DNA of 64,000 bases from Eubacterium sp. (GTDB taxonomy: Bacteria > Bacillota > Clostridia > Oscillospirales > Ruminococcaceae), in contig JAISVH010000119.1 in the NCBI GenBank assembly GCA_031271685.1, positions 362 through 64,361 on the forward strand. Direction: 5' to 3'. The position numbers were made by a program, and so were the translations under genes. Below the pieces are notes generated by a model that worked only from the letters and a program-made list of their open reading frames with translations, did no database searches and was not told the DNA's origin. The number at the start of each line of letters is the position of its first letter. Within the stretch, counting starts at the first letter, position 1. Below, piece by piece: positions 1-9,723 of the stretch.

Positions 1-1047
1 CAGAACAACAAATACAACAAGGGAGAAAGCAAGATAAGCTTTGTTGACATTGAGGAATGTCTGTTGTTTATTTCGTCTAATTTTTCAACCCAAACTAGCT
101 ATGAAAACCAGACAAAAAAGGCAATAAACAATAAATTTATCTATGACGCTATGAACGAATGGCTAAAGCACCAGCTTGAGGTTTATTTTCTTGAGAACAA
201 AGACGACGCATATAAAATATGCGAACAGATAATGGTGAATAAGCGCAGCCGTGAAAATGCTGAAAAAACGAGATTGAACTTAAAGAAAAAGTTGGCCGGC
301 AGCGTTGATATGATAAACCGCGTTCAAAAATTCGCCGACTGTCGCAGCAAAGATTTAACAAAACGCGAGATTTATATAGTCGAGGGAGATTCGGCTTTGG
401 GTTCGGTAATACTGGCGCGTGACGCGGAATTTCAGGCGGCTATACCCGTGCGAGGAAAAATTTTAAACTGTCTCAAGTCGTCATATGACAAAATTTTTAA
501 AAACGAGATCATCACCGATATAATAAAAGTACTGGGCTGCGGGGTGGAAGTTCGCTCAAAGTCCAACAAAGAGCTTTCAAACTTTAATATTGACAATCTA
601 AGATGGAATAAAATTATTATCTGCACCGATGCTGATGTTGACGGATTTCAGATACGCACCCTTATACTTACTATGCTGTATTGCTTAGCCCCCACTCTTA
701 TTAACGAGGGCTTTGTATATATAGCCGAGTCTCCTCTTTATGAGATAACGGTTAAGGAAAAAACATATTTTGCTTATACCGAGCATGAAAAAACACGCAT
801 TTTAAAGGAACTCGGAGACGCAAAGTTTAAAATTCAGCGATCTAAGGGATTGGGAGAAAACGAGGCGGACATGATGGCGCTAACCACTATGAATCCGGAC
901 ACGCGCAGGCTGATAAAAGTTATGCCGGCGGATGTTGAGTCTACTCAGGAGATGTTCGACCTTTTGCTGGGAGATAACCTTCAGGGAAGGAAAGACTATA
1001 TAAGCGACAATGGCAGCTGTTATCTTGAGACGATAGACGTTAGCTAG
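1..1047 (+). CDS. parE: Type IIA DNA topoisomerase subunit B (ParE/GyrB family), C-terminal part; 5' end lies outside the window
   Basis: Frame is open from nt 1 (listed ORF 64..1047). TOPRIM motifs EGDSALGS and DADVDGFQIRTL. Followed directly by the A-subunit gene. Confidence 0.85.
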   Translation, partial: QNNKYNKGESKISFVDIEECLLFISSNFSTQTSYENQTKKAINNKFIYDAMNEWLKHQLEVYFLENKDDAYKICEQIMVNKRSRENAEKTRLNLKKKLAGSVDMINRVQKFADCRSKDLTKREIYIVEGDSALGSVILARDAEFQAAIPVRGKILNCLKSSYDKIFKNEIITDIIKVLGCGVEVRSKSNKELSNFNIDNLRWNKIIICTDADVDGFQIRTLILTMLYCLAPTLINEGFVYIAESPLYEITVKEKTYFAYTEHEKTRILKELGDAKFKIQRSKGLGENEADMMALTTMNPDTRRLIKVMPADVESTQEMFDLLLGDNLQGRKDYISDNGSCYLETIDVS

Positions 1048-1108
1048 ATTTTCAAACATCATTTTATACACTGTTAAGCTGAAAGAGATAAACTTTTCGG
1101 AGGTTTAA

Positions 1109-3316
1109 TTGAAAAAGAAGCATAAAGAACAAAACATCGGCGCATACATCGAAGGCGCGGGGATAGTGGTTGAAAAACCGATAACCGATACGCTGACCGA
1201 AAATTATATGCCTTATGCAATGAGCGTTATTGTTTCACGCGCACTGCCTGAAATAGACGGGTTTAAACCGTCGCACCGAAAGCTGCTGTATACCATGTAT
1301 AAAATGGGATTGCTGAATGGAGCGCGAACCAAATCCGCTAACATAGTTGGACAGACAATGAAGCTTAACCCTCATGGAGATGCGGCTATTTATGAGACCA
1401 TGGTTCGTATGGCTCGCGGCAACGAGTCGCTTTTATTGCCCTATGTGGACAGCAAGGGGAATTTTGGCAAGGCTTATTCGCGTGATATGGCATTTGCCGC
1501 AAGCCGCTACACTGAGGCAAAGCTTGAGACTGTATGTAAAGAGCTGTTTGAGGATATAGACAAGGATTCGGTCGACTTTGTACCTAACTATGATAATGAA
1601 ACTAACGAGCCCGTGCTGTTGCCGGTCAAATTTCCTTCCGTGCTAGTAAACAGCAATATCGGGATAGCCGTGTCGATGGCTTCTAATATCTGCCCGTTTA
1701 ATTTGGGGGAAATTTGCGAGACAACTATCGCGCTTATGAAAGATCCCAACCATGATATAATCAGCACGCTTAAGGCTCCTGATTTTCCCGGCGGAGGATT
1801 TATTGTTTATGACGAAGGCGAGATTCGAGGGATTTATAAGACCGGGCGAGGTTCTGTAAAGATAAGATGTAAATATAGCTGCGACAAGTTATCTAATGTT
1901 ATTGAAATAACCGAGATACCGCCGACCACCACAGTTGAGGCGATAATAGACAAAATTATAGAGCAGGTAAAACTAAATAAAATAAAAGAAATAAGCGATG
2001 TTAGAAATGAAACGGATTTGTCGGGTTTAAAGCTTACTTTGGACTTAAAACGAGGAGCAGATCCTGAGGCGCTTATGAAAAAGCTTTATCAAATCACGCC
2101 GCTGCAAGATTCGTTTTCGGCGAATTTTAATGTTCTTATCGCCGGGACACCGCGTGTTATGGGCATTAAAGATATACTGGAAGAATGGATAGCGTTTCGT
2201 GCGGAGTGCGTTAAGCGCCGGGTTTTTTTTGAGCTAAACAGAAAAAAAGAAAGACTGCATTTATTGCTGGGACTTCAAAAAATACTTTTGGATATTGATA
2301 AGGCGATAAAAATCATACGCGAAACCTTTGAAGAGGCCGAGGTTGTTCCAAATCTTATGATCGGATTCGGGATCGATGAAATTCAGGCGGATTATGTTGC
2401 TGAGATAAAGCTTAGGCATATCAACCGTGAACACATCACCAAGCGCCTGGCTGAGGTTGACGATTTGCGGGCAGATATAGCCGATATGGAGGAAACTGTT
2501 GAAAACAAACGGAAAATCCGCGCTATTATAATAAATGATTTGAAAGAAGTCGGCAAAAAATATGGACAGCCGCGAAAAACGCTGTTTGTCCATCCGGCGC
2601 CGGATGAGGTGGATTTTTCGGAAGAGGCGGTTGATTATCAGATAAACCTGTTTCTCACACGCGAGGGGTATTTTAAAAAGATAACACCTCTTTCGCTAAG
2701 GATGGGCGGCGAGCAAAAGCTAAAAGAAAGCGATGAGATTATAGAACAAATAGAAGCGACCAACCGGCATGAGCTGCTGTTTTTTACTGATAAGGGAAAT
2801 GTTTATAAAAGCCGAGCATCGGATTTTGAAGACTCTAAGGCCAGCGTTTTAGGGGAATATATTCCCTCTAAGCTTGATTTTGCCGAAAACGAAAACGTTT
2901 GCGCTTTTGCGCAGACCCTTGATTATTCTGAAACTATAGTAATGTTCTTTGAAAACGGCAAGTGCGCAAAAGTGCCGTTAAGCTCATATCAAACCAAAAC
3001 AAAGCGTAAAAAGTTGCAAAACGCCTATAACACTTCGTCTAAGCTCGTGTCGCTTTGTTTGATTTCCGGCGAATCGGATTTTCTATTGCAATCATCAAAG
3101 GGCAGGGCTCTTATTTTTAATACTGCGCTGATACTGCAAAAAACTACGCGAGACACCCAAGGAGTGCAGGTCATGAGACTTACGAAGTCTTATTTGGTGT
3201 CGGCGGAAGTTTATCTAGAGGGCATGTTGAAAAATCCGAATGAATATGTAATAAAAACCCTTCCTCAAGCAGGGGCGCAGCTTAGGTCCGGGGCGGTTCA
3301 GATGAAATTAGAATAA
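1109..3316 (+). CDS. parC: Type IIA DNA topoisomerase subunit A (ParC-type, 735 aa)
   Basis: N-terminal SRALPEIDGFKPSHRK and catalytic-Tyr region AASRYTEAKL. No GyrA-box-like QRRGGKG seen. TTG start 6 nt after GGAGG. Confidence 0.85.
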   Translation: MKKKHKEQNIGAYIEGAGIVVEKPITDTLTENYMPYAMSVIVSRALPEIDGFKPSHRKLLYTMYKMGLLNGARTKSANIVGQTMKLNPHGDAAIYETMVRMARGNESLLLPYVDSKGNFGKAYSRDMAFAASRYTEAKLETVCKELFEDIDKDSVDFVPNYDNETNEPVLLPVKFPSVLVNSNIGIAVSMASNICPFNLGEICETTIALMKDPNHDIISTLKAPDFPGGGFIVYDEGEIRGIYKTGRGSVKIRCKYSCDKLSNVIEITEIPPTTTVEAIIDKIIEQVKLNKIKEISDVRNETDLSGLKLTLDLKRGADPEALMKKLYQITPLQDSFSANFNVLIAGTPRVMGIKDILEEWIAFRAECVKRRVFFELNRKKERLHLLLGLQKILLDIDKAIKIIRETFEEAEVVPNLMIGFGIDEIQADYVAEIKLRHINREHITKRLAEVDDLRADIADMEETVENKRKIRAIIINDLKEVGKKYGQPRKTLFVHPAPDEVDFSEEAVDYQINLFLTREGYFKKITPLSLRMGGEQKLKESDEIIEQIEATNRHELLFFTDKGNVYKSRASDFEDSKASVLGEYIPSKLDFAENENVCAFAQTLDYSETIVMFFENGKCAKVPLSSYQTKTKRKKLQNAYNTSSKLVSLCLISGESDFLLQSSKGRALIFNTALILQKTTRDTQGVQVMRLTKSYLVSAEVYLEGMLKNPNEYVIKTLPQAGAQLRSGAVQMKLE

Positions 3317-3324
3317 CCTTTTTA

Positions 3325-3353
3325 TTGACTTATAAATGTTTATGTGTTATATT
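3325..3353 (+). promoter_or_regulatory. Sigma-70-type promoter upstream of fhs
   Basis: TTGACT, 17 nt, TATATT, with TGn extended -10. Confidence 0.6.
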
Positions 3354-3389
3354 AAATATGGGCAGGCAAATGTAATGGCAAGGGCGTTT

Positions 3390-3560
3390 TATAGTAAATT
3401 AACTTGAAAACAAGCAACAATAATTTCCGCAAAACCGCATATATTAAAGCGTTCGTGTTCAAACGTCTGCGGCGGAGCCGCTTCCGTTTTTTTATCAAGC
3501 GTCAGCGGGGGGCTGAAAATCATACTGCGACTAGGAGACCGGGGATATTTACGCGGTTAT
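3390..3560. repeat. Mosaic repeat locus R1: L-arm fragment (3390-3457) plus BA element in reverse orientation (3458-3560)
   Basis: TATAGTAAATTAACTTGAAAAC... matches 62150. TTCAAACGTCTGCGGCGGAGCCGCTTCCG and ...CAAGCGTCAGCGG...GCGGTTAT match 61297-61430. Confidence 0.8.
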
Positions 3561-3607
3561 TATTCAGGAAAAATGATTTATGGCAAAATGGCGAAAGGTT
3601 TTAATTT

Positions 3608-5278
3608 ATGCTTACTGACATTCAAATCGCGCAGGGCGCTAAGATGAAAAAAATCGCTGAAATAGCCGGGAAATTGGGGATATCTGAAGAAGATTTATTT
3701 CCTTATGGACATTATAAGGCGAAAATATCCGAAAATGTTTTTAATAATATAAAAGATAAAAAAGACGGGAAGCTTATTTTAGTCACGGCAATCAACCCTA
3801 CGCCGGCCGGCGAGGGGAAAACAACAACCGCTATTGGCCTTGCCGAGGGGATGTCAAAAATCGGGAAAAAGGCGATTCTTGCGCTTCGCGAACCATCGCT
3901 CGGCCCGGTATTCGGCGTAAAGGGCGGGGCGGCCGGAGGAGGGTATTCTCAGGTAGTGCCCATGGAAGATATAAATTTGCATTTTACCGGAGATTTGCAC
4001 GCGGTTACCGGTGCCAACAACCTTTTGTGCGCCCTTTTGGACAACCATCTTCAGCAGGGAAACGCTTTGAATATAGATCCGCGAAACGTTCTGATCAAGC
4101 GATGTTTGGACATGAACGACCGCGCGCTAAGAAATATTGTTATAGGGCTGGGAGCAAAGGTAGACGGGATACCGCGTGAGGATCATTTTCAGATCACTGT
4201 GGCGAGCGAGGTTATGGCAATCCTTTGTCTTGCCGACAGTTTGAGCGATTTAAAAGCTCGGATTTCTAAAATTTTGGTGGCCTATACCTATGACAACAAA
4301 CCTGTGTTTGCGAAAGATTTAAACGCTGTGGGGGCAATGACCGCATTGCTAAAAGACGCGTTTTTGCCTAACTTAGTTCAAACGCTTGAAAATAACCCCG
4401 CTATAATCCACGGAGGGCCATTCGCCAACATTGCTCATGGCTGCAATTCGGTGAGGGCGACTAAGCTTGCGCTTAAGCTCGCTGATTACTGCATAACCGA
4501 AGCGGGCTTCGGCTCTGATTTGGGCGCTGAAAAATTTTTTGATATTAAATGCCGTATGGCCGGACTCACTCCAAGCTGTGCGGTGATAGTCGCGACTATA
4601 CGCGCTTTAAAGTATAACGGCGGGGCGCCGAAATCCGAATTGTCGAGTGAAAACACCGAAGCGCTCAAAAAAGGGATAGAGAATCTGGGCGTTCATGTTG
4701 AAAATCTGCGTAAATTTGGGGTTCCGGTAGTGGTGGCGGTAAATCGGTTTGTTTCTGACAGCGAAGGAGAGATAAAAATAATAAAAGACTATTGTGAAGA
4801 GTTAGATGTCGCCGTGGATTTTTCAGAGGTATTCGCGAAGGGCGGCGAAGGCGGCGAAGAACTTGCCAAAACGGTTTGCGATATTATTGATAACGGTAAA
4901 TGCGATTTTAAACCTTTGTATGATTTAAAGTCGTCAATAAAAGATAAACTGGATGCAATAGCGCGAAAAATCTATCGCGCGGACGGCGTGGCATATACGG
5001 CTACGGCGGAAAAATCGCTTAAGACTATCGAGGCTTTAGGATTGCCTGATTTAGCGGTGTGTGTTGCAAAAACTCAGTATTCGCTTTCTGATGATCCTTT
5101 AAAGTTGGGCGCGCCTAAAGGGTTTAACATAACGGTGCGAGATTTGAGAATTTCGGCGGGAGCAGGCTTTGTTGTGGCGCTGACAGGGGACATAATGACC
5201 TTGCCGGGTCTTCCGAAAGCTCCGGCCGCCGACAATATAGATATTGACGAAAACGGGAATATAATAGGATTATTTTAG
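3608..5278 (+). CDS. fhs: Formate-tetrahydrofolate ligase
   Basis: 556 aa. [11 protein letters not shown] nucleotide-binding motif and full-length resemblance to FTHFS. Confidence 0.95.
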   Translation: MLTDIQIAQGAKMKKIAEIAGKLGISEEDLFPYGHYKAKISENVFNNIKDKKDGKLILVTAINPTPAGEGKTTTAIGLAEGMSKIGKKAILALREPSLGPVFGVKGGAAGGGYSQVVPMEDINLHFTGDLHAVTGANNLLCALLDNHLQQGNALNIDPRNVLIKRCLDMNDRALRNIVIGLGAKVDGIPREDHFQITVASEVMAILCLADSLSDLKARISKILVAYTYDNKPVFAKDLNAVGAMTALLKDAFLPNLVQTLENNPAIIHGGPFANIAHGCNSVRATKLALKLADYCITEAGFGSDLGAEKFFDIKCRMAGLTPSCAVIVATIRALKYNGGAPKSELSSENTEALKKGIENLGVHVENLRKFGVPVVVAVNRFVSDSEGEIKIIKDYCEELDVAVDFSEVFAKGGEGGEELAKTVCDIIDNGKCDFKPLYDLKSSIKDKLDAIARKIYRADGVAYTATAEKSLKTIEALGLPDLAVCVAKTQYSLSDDPLKLGAPKGFNITVRDLRISAGAGFVVALTGDIMTLPGLPKAPAADNIDIDENGNIIGLF

Positions 5279-5299
5279 CAAGTAGCAGGAGGTCGGTTT

Positions 5300-5746
5300 A
5301 TGACAGAGATTTCCCGAAGCGAGCAGGATACCGTTAATATCGGAAGGAGATTGGGAGAGAGGCTTAAGCCCGGCGATGCCGTGTTGTTTAACGGAGAGAT
5401 GGGAAACGGAAAGACCTATCTGACCAAAGGCATAGGCAAAGCGCTTTTAGTAGAGGACGAGATAGTCAGCCCCACATTTTCTCTTGTTCGAGAATATCAA
5501 GGCAAGCTCCCGATGTATCATTTTGACTTGTTCAGGATAAACGACTTTGACGCGCTGCTCGGCATAGGATTTTTTGATTATGTCGCCACGGCGCGAAACG
5601 GGGTTATGGTAATTGAGTGGAGCGAAAATATTAAAGGGCTTGAATTTGAGCTGTCTAAAGAAATGGCGCGTGTTTTTAAAATAAACATAAAGAAAATTTC
5701 GCAAAATGAAAGAGAAATTGAAATAGATGATAGTATTGGGGATTGA
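5300..5746 (+). CDS. tsaE: tRNA t6A37 biosynthesis ATPase TsaE (YjeE)
   Basis: 148 aa. Walker A GEMGNGKT. Overlaps and precedes tsaB. Confidence 0.85.
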   Translation: MTEISRSEQDTVNIGRRLGERLKPGDAVLFNGEMGNGKTYLTKGIGKALLVEDEIVSPTFSLVREYQGKLPMYHFDLFRINDFDALLGIGFFDYVATARNGVMVIEWSENIKGLEFELSKEMARVFKINIKKISQNEREIEIDDSIGD

Positions 5747-6398
5747 CTCGTCAAGCTCTGCGGTGTCGGCGGCTATATGTGACGTTTCTGACGGCAAAGT
5801 ATTGGCAGGCGGGTATTTGAATGTTAAAACGGTTCATTCAAAAACCCTTATGCCTATGCTTGAAAGCATGTTGTCGGCGGCGGAAATAAATTTGTCGGAC
5901 ATTGGGATTATAGCGGTGGCGGCGGGACCGGGTTCGTTCACCGGGCTAAGAATCGGACTTTCGGCGGCAAAGGGATTGGGTTATGCATTAAATAAGCCGA
6001 TTAGAGCAGTATCGACACTATATTCCTTAGCGGCAAATTTAGCAGGATTAAACGGCATTGTCTGTCCGGTCCTTGATGCGAGGCGAGGGCAGTTTTATAA
6101 CGCTTTGTTTAGAATAGAAAACGGTAAAATCACAAGGCTTTGTGAAGACAGGGCAGCCACAGGCGAAGAAATCACCTGGCAATTAAGAGACGAATATAAA
6201 ATGGAACGTATAATTTTGAACGGCGACGGCGCACAGATATTAAAAGGACTGGCAACGGACCAAAACATCGAAATCGCTCCTCCGGCGCTGCAATATCAAA
6301 ACGCTGTTTCAGTCTGTTTATCGGAAGAGGGCGAGGTCAAACCGGCGAATGAAATAATTCCTGATTATCTGAGACCGGTGCGTTTCGGCGGCGAATAG
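5727..6398 (+). CDS. tsaB: tRNA t6A37 biosynthesis protein TsaB (YeaZ)
   Basis: 223 aa. N-terminal LGIDSSS and GPGSFTGLRIG motifs typical of YeaZ/TsaB. Confidence 0.85.
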   Translation: MIVLGIDSSSSAVSAAICDVSDGKVLAGGYLNVKTVHSKTLMPMLESMLSAAEINLSDIGIIAVAAGPGSFTGLRIGLSAAKGLGYALNKPIRAVSTLYSLAANLAGLNGIVCPVLDARRGQFYNALFRIENGKITRLCEDRAATGEEITWQLRDEYKMERIILNGDGAQILKGLATDQNIEIAPPALQYQNAVSVCLSEEGEVKPANEIIPDYLRPVRFGGE

Positions 6399-6405
6399 AC
6401 GAAAA

Positions 6406-6487
6406 AACAAAAATAATTTTTGCAAAACCGCAAACAAACTATCCGAGCGGCTTTGTCGCTTGATTCTAATAGTTTATTTGCGGATTT
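6406..6487. repeat. Repeat locus R2: G-family two-tier hairpin
   Basis: CCGCAAACAAACTAT-CCGAGCGGCTTTGTCGCT...-ATAGTTTATTTGCGG. The reverse complement of 35536-35596 aligns at about 75% by eye. Confidence 0.75.
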
Positions 6488-6508
6488 ATACAAGGAGAAA
6501 AAATTAAA

Positions 6509-6931
6509 GTGATATATTTGGGTTCTGATCATGCGGGTTTCGTGTTAAAGCAAGGCCTTATAAAACATCTTGAAAGCAGGGGGATGGAGTATACCGACTG
6601 TGGATGCAACGGAGAAACTGTGGATTATCCTGACATCGCAAAACTAGTTTGTCATAATGTGTTGGGCGGCAATGAAAACCGCGGGGTCTTGATTTGCGGG
6701 ACCGGGGTGGGCGCCTCGATGGCGGCAAACAGGATAAAAGGCATAAGGGCGGCGCTTTGCGGCGACTATTATTCCGCGAAATACACACGTTTGCATAACG
6801 ACGCGAACGTTATCTGCTTAGGAGGGAGGGTATTAGGCGCTGGCTTGGCTTCAGAGCTGCTTGAAGTTTTTTTGAACACCGAATTTGAAGGAGGGAAACA
6901 CGCCCTTAGGATAGAAAAACTTGATAGTTAA
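6509..6931 (+). CDS. rpiB: Ribose-5-phosphate isomerase B
   Basis: 140 aa. GSDHAG and CGTGVG motifs of the RpiB/LacAB family. GTG start after AAGGAG. Confidence 0.9.
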   Translation: MIYLGSDHAGFVLKQGLIKHLESRGMEYTDCGCNGETVDYPDIAKLVCHNVLGGNENRGVLICGTGVGASMAANRIKGIRAALCGDYYSAKYTRLHNDANVICLGGRVLGAGLASELLEVFLNTEFEGGKHALRIEKLDS

Positions 6932-6945
6932 ATTTAGTAGGAGAA

Positions 6946-7584
6946 ATGTTTATGGACAGCATGATAAAAATTTTAGACCATCCTTTGATACAGCATAAAA
7001 TATCGCTTCTTAGAGACAAAAATACCGATTGTAAGGATTTTAGGGAGCTTGTTAAGGAAATTTCAATGCTTATAGCGTATGAGGCGACTCGGGACCTTCC
7101 GTTGTCCGAGGTATGTATGGAAACGCCGGTCGCTATTGCCAAAACCAAAATAATCGCGGGGAGAAAAATGGTTTTTATACCGATACTCAGAGCGGGACTT
7201 GGCATGGTCGATGGAGCTGTCACATTGATCCCCGCCGCTAAAGTCGGGCATATAGGTCTTTGTCGCAGTGAAAATAAATCTAAGGTCACAGAATATTATT
7301 GTAAACTGCCGTACGATGTTATCGAACGAGACGTTATAGTAATGGATCTTATGCTTGCGACGGGGGTTTCGGCCATTACAGCCATATCAAAGGTCAAAGA
7401 AATCGGTGCCCGCTCAATAAAGTTTATGTGTGTAGTCGCTTGCCCTGAAGGGGCAAAGGCGCTGCGCGAAGCACACCCGGACGTTGCGGTTTTTTGCGGG
7501 GCCATGGATGACGGCCTTAACGACGAGCTTTATATTGTCCCCGGGATAGGAGACGGAGGCGACAGGATTTTCGGGACAAAGTAA
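6946..7584 (+). CDS. upp: Uracil phosphoribosyltransferase
   Basis: [16 protein letters not shown] and [14 protein letters not shown] motifs. The ATG at 6952 has better spacing to the AGGAGA RBS than 6946. Confidence 0.93.
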   Translation: MFMDSMIKILDHPLIQHKISLLRDKNTDCKDFRELVKEISMLIAYEATRDLPLSEVCMETPVAIAKTKIIAGRKMVFIPILRAGLGMVDGAVTLIPAAKVGHIGLCRSENKSKVTEYYCKLPYDVIERDVIVMDLMLATGVSAITAISKVKEIGARSIKFMCVVACPEGAKALREAHPDVAVFCGAMDDGLNDELYIVPGIGDGGDRIFGTK

Positions 7585-7599
7585 AAAATATGTAGAAAA

Positions 7600-7716
7600 G
7601 TAAGGACGCCTTCGGCGGTACGCGGCGCATGCCGCGTCTTAAAAACGCATTTAGCGTTTTTAACCTGACCAACTATAACCGCATTACTGGAAGCGGCTAC
7701 GCCGCAGATGTTTGAA
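7600..7716. repeat. Repeat locus R3: F left half (reverse, 7600-7677) plus short BA element (7674-7716)
   Basis: The reverse complement matches TATAG..GGTCA..TTAAAAACGCTAAATGCG...GACGCGGCATGCGCCGCG of 24701. Ends in CCGCAGATGTTTGAA. Confidence 0.85.
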
Positions 7717-8049
7717 AATAATTTTATCCAATATTTGGTAAAATTGCACAATAATTGAAAACATACTATTTATACCTGCGAAAAGCTCAGGGAATAATAT
7801 AGATTTTAAATTTTATGAAACTTTTTGATAATATGAGACGACTTCGAAATTGTGAGGCCAAGACATCGAATAGCGGCTATTATGCAGTTTATTTAAAATT
7901 AAAAAAATTTTATAAAAGCTTGAAACTTTTTTAAAAAGCAAAGTGACTGCGTAATTGTAAACGGCCAAACATGTTTGATAAATGACTGTTAGTAAAGAAT
8001 AAATATCATTTTCATTTTAACTACTGAAAATTTTAGTTAATAATGACTA

Positions 8050-8078
8050 TTGAAATTTATTTTTCTATCGGTTATAAT
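8050..8078 (+). promoter_or_regulatory. Sigma-70-type promoter of the surface-protein gene
   Basis: TTGAAA, 17 nt, TATAAT, 63 nt upstream of the ATG. Confidence 0.6.
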
Positions 8079-8140
8079 TCAAAACAGGAAATGGCAGAGG
8101 CTATTTACCAAAATCAAAATCTTTTGGAGGAAATTAAATT

Positions 8141-9556
8141 ATGCTTAAGAAAATCTTAGCTATCGTTGCAGCAGGCGCTATCGCCGCTTCAGCAATGATA
8201 ACCAGCGTTTCGGCAGAAACACAGACAATTGAAAAAGTTCTTTACACCAATGACTTAAACGTTGGCACCGTAAAGTTCCAGGCTGACATCCCGTTAGGCA
8301 GTTATAAAGTTGACAATACCAGACAAGGTTATTTCCAAATCGTTCTTCCCGCAAACATTACACTTGATTATGATAACACCGGCAACACATACATCGACAC
8401 AACAACTTTTAGAATCCAGGCTAACTCTCTCGATATAAACGGCGTTAAGCCTTTCTCTGATGTAGTTTCTTCCCGCACTATCGACAGAGATTTTACTCTT
8501 AAGATCACCACCGCAATCCTTGACAACAAAAACACTAGCGGATCTAACATTGATACCCTTTCAGGAAGCATCCATGAAATGGATATCGCAGCGGCTACCG
8601 CTAACAGAATCACTATTAAGGGCACACTTATTAAGCCTGACTTAGGTTCGGCTAACAATTATGGCCGTCTGACCAGTGAAGAAGAAGAGCTTTTGGGCTA
8701 TGCCGACAAACTTCGTTTCAAAGATTTCGGCAATGGCTTTAGGGCTAACCTTTCCACCATGTGGTTTGTTAGAACCGACTCTAATGGGGTAGAAACATCT
8801 CTTTGGGGCAGCTCTGGCGGATCCAGCACCGGAGACACCACCAACGCTAACCCTTATTATTTCCAGAACAACCTTGAGCTTGACGTTAGAAACGTTTCCA
8901 CTTTTGACGGCCAAGACACAAGCAGAACCCAAGTATTAGAGTCTCAGGCTTATACCCTTCGTGAAAAAGAAGCCCTCAGACAAGAAGGCGCAACCGTTGA
9001 ACTGGTAGTTGATCTTAACGCTACCTCTCTCGGCTCACATTCGCTCAGCTATGTTGAATGCGAAATTTATGACGAAGTTGAAGGCGAAGAAGGAAGACCT
9101 TTCGCTCTCATGATGGACGGCGCACAGGCTAAGGGCGTTCTCAGAATGGATCAAATCTATAATGAGCTCTATGACATTTATAACACACAGTTCACATTCA
9201 CCGCAGAGGATGAAATGACCCATTCAAGAAACAACTTCATCAAGAGCGCTAAGCTTGTAATCAGCTATGATGATGGTCTTGCAGGAGTTTTAGACGGCGA
9301 AGACGCTCTTGATCCCGAAGAAGAACCGGAACTCGTAATCGAAGATGAAGAAGTAGTTGACGAAGAAGAATCCGTTGAAGACATCGTTGACGAAGAAGTA
9401 GTTGACGAAGAAGTAGTTGACGAAGAAACAGTTGACGAAGAAACAGTTGACGAAGGCGTTGAAGCAGAATCTAACCCTAGCACAGGCGTTGCTATCGCAG
9501 TTGTTCCCGCTCTTATCGCAGGCGCAGCAGTAGTAGCTTCCCGCAAAAGAAAGTAA
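8141..9556 (+). CDS. Secreted cell-surface protein with acidic VVDEE repeats and a C-terminal sortase-type anchor
   Basis: Signal peptide ending VSA-ET. Acidic repeat block. NPSTG, then 17 hydrophobic aa, then SRKRK at the C-terminus. Strong GGAGGA RBS. Confidence 0.75.
   Translation: MLKKILAIVAAGAIAASAMITSVSAETQTIEKVLYTNDLNVGTVKFQADIPLGSYKVDNTRQGYFQIVLPANITLDYDNTGNTYIDTTTFRIQANSLDINGVKPFSDVVSSRTIDRDFTLKITTAILDNKNTSGSNIDTLSGSIHEMDIAAATANRITIKGTLIKPDLGSANNYGRLTSEEEELLGYADKLRFKDFGNGFRANLSTMWFVRTDSNGVETSLWGSSGGSSTGDTTNANPYYFQNNLELDVRNVSTFDGQDTSRTQVLESQAYTLREKEALRQEGATVELVVDLNATSLGSHSLSYVECEIYDEVEGEEGRPFALMMDGAQAKGVLRMDQIYNELYDIYNTQFTFTAEDEMTHSRNNFIKSAKLVISYDDGLAGVLDGEDALDPEEEPELVIEDEEVVDEEESVEDIVDEEVVDEEVVDEETVDEETVDEGVEAESNPSTGVAIAVVPALIAGAAVVASRKRK
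9356..9457 (+). repeat. In-frame 15-bp tandem repeat (GTTGACGAAGAAGTA / ...AACA), about 6 units, encoding (V/T)VDEE
   Basis: Consecutive units at 9386, 9401, 9416 and 9431. Degenerate units at 9356 and 9446. Confidence 0.9.
9473..9553 (+). other. Tripartite cell-wall sorting signal (NPSTG / hydrophobic segment / SRKRK)
   Basis: Translation NPSTG-VAIAVVPALIAGAAVVA-SRKRK forms the last 27 aa of the 8141..9556 protein. Confidence 0.7.
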
Positions 9557-9580
9557 TTTAAACATAAGTTTTAAATGAAT

Positions 9581-9612
9581 AAAAAAGAGAGCCCGTAAGG
9601 GTTCTCTTTTTT
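9581..9612. terminator. Bidirectional intrinsic terminator between the convergent surface-protein gene and leuB
   Basis: A-run, GAGAGCCC-GTAA-GGGTTCTC, T-run. Confidence 0.8.
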
Positions 9613-9723
9613 TATGTTTATTTGCAGGCGCGCGGCAGCTATTTATAAATTTATTGCTATAGTTGGTCGTTTAAAAACTCTGAATGAGTTTTTAAGACGC
9701 GGCGTTTGCCGAACTTACCTTGC

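Noticed and set aside
3404-3604. A 66-aa ORF upstream of fhs, and similar small ORFs at 7530..7751, 24465..24749, 24878..25066, 50962..51162 and 51119..51301.
   Set aside because: They are translations of mosaic repeat modules, AT-rich tandem repeats or the tRNA-Thr gene. The same nucleotide sequences recur in non-coding contexts.
7815-7934. A 39-codon basic ORF (MKLFDNMRRLRNCEAKTSNSGYYAVYLKLKKFYKSLKLF) in the long AT-rich spacer upstream of the surface-protein gene.
   Set aside because: It has no Shine-Dalgarno sequence and no recognisable motif, and its composition is what random AT-rich DNA would give.
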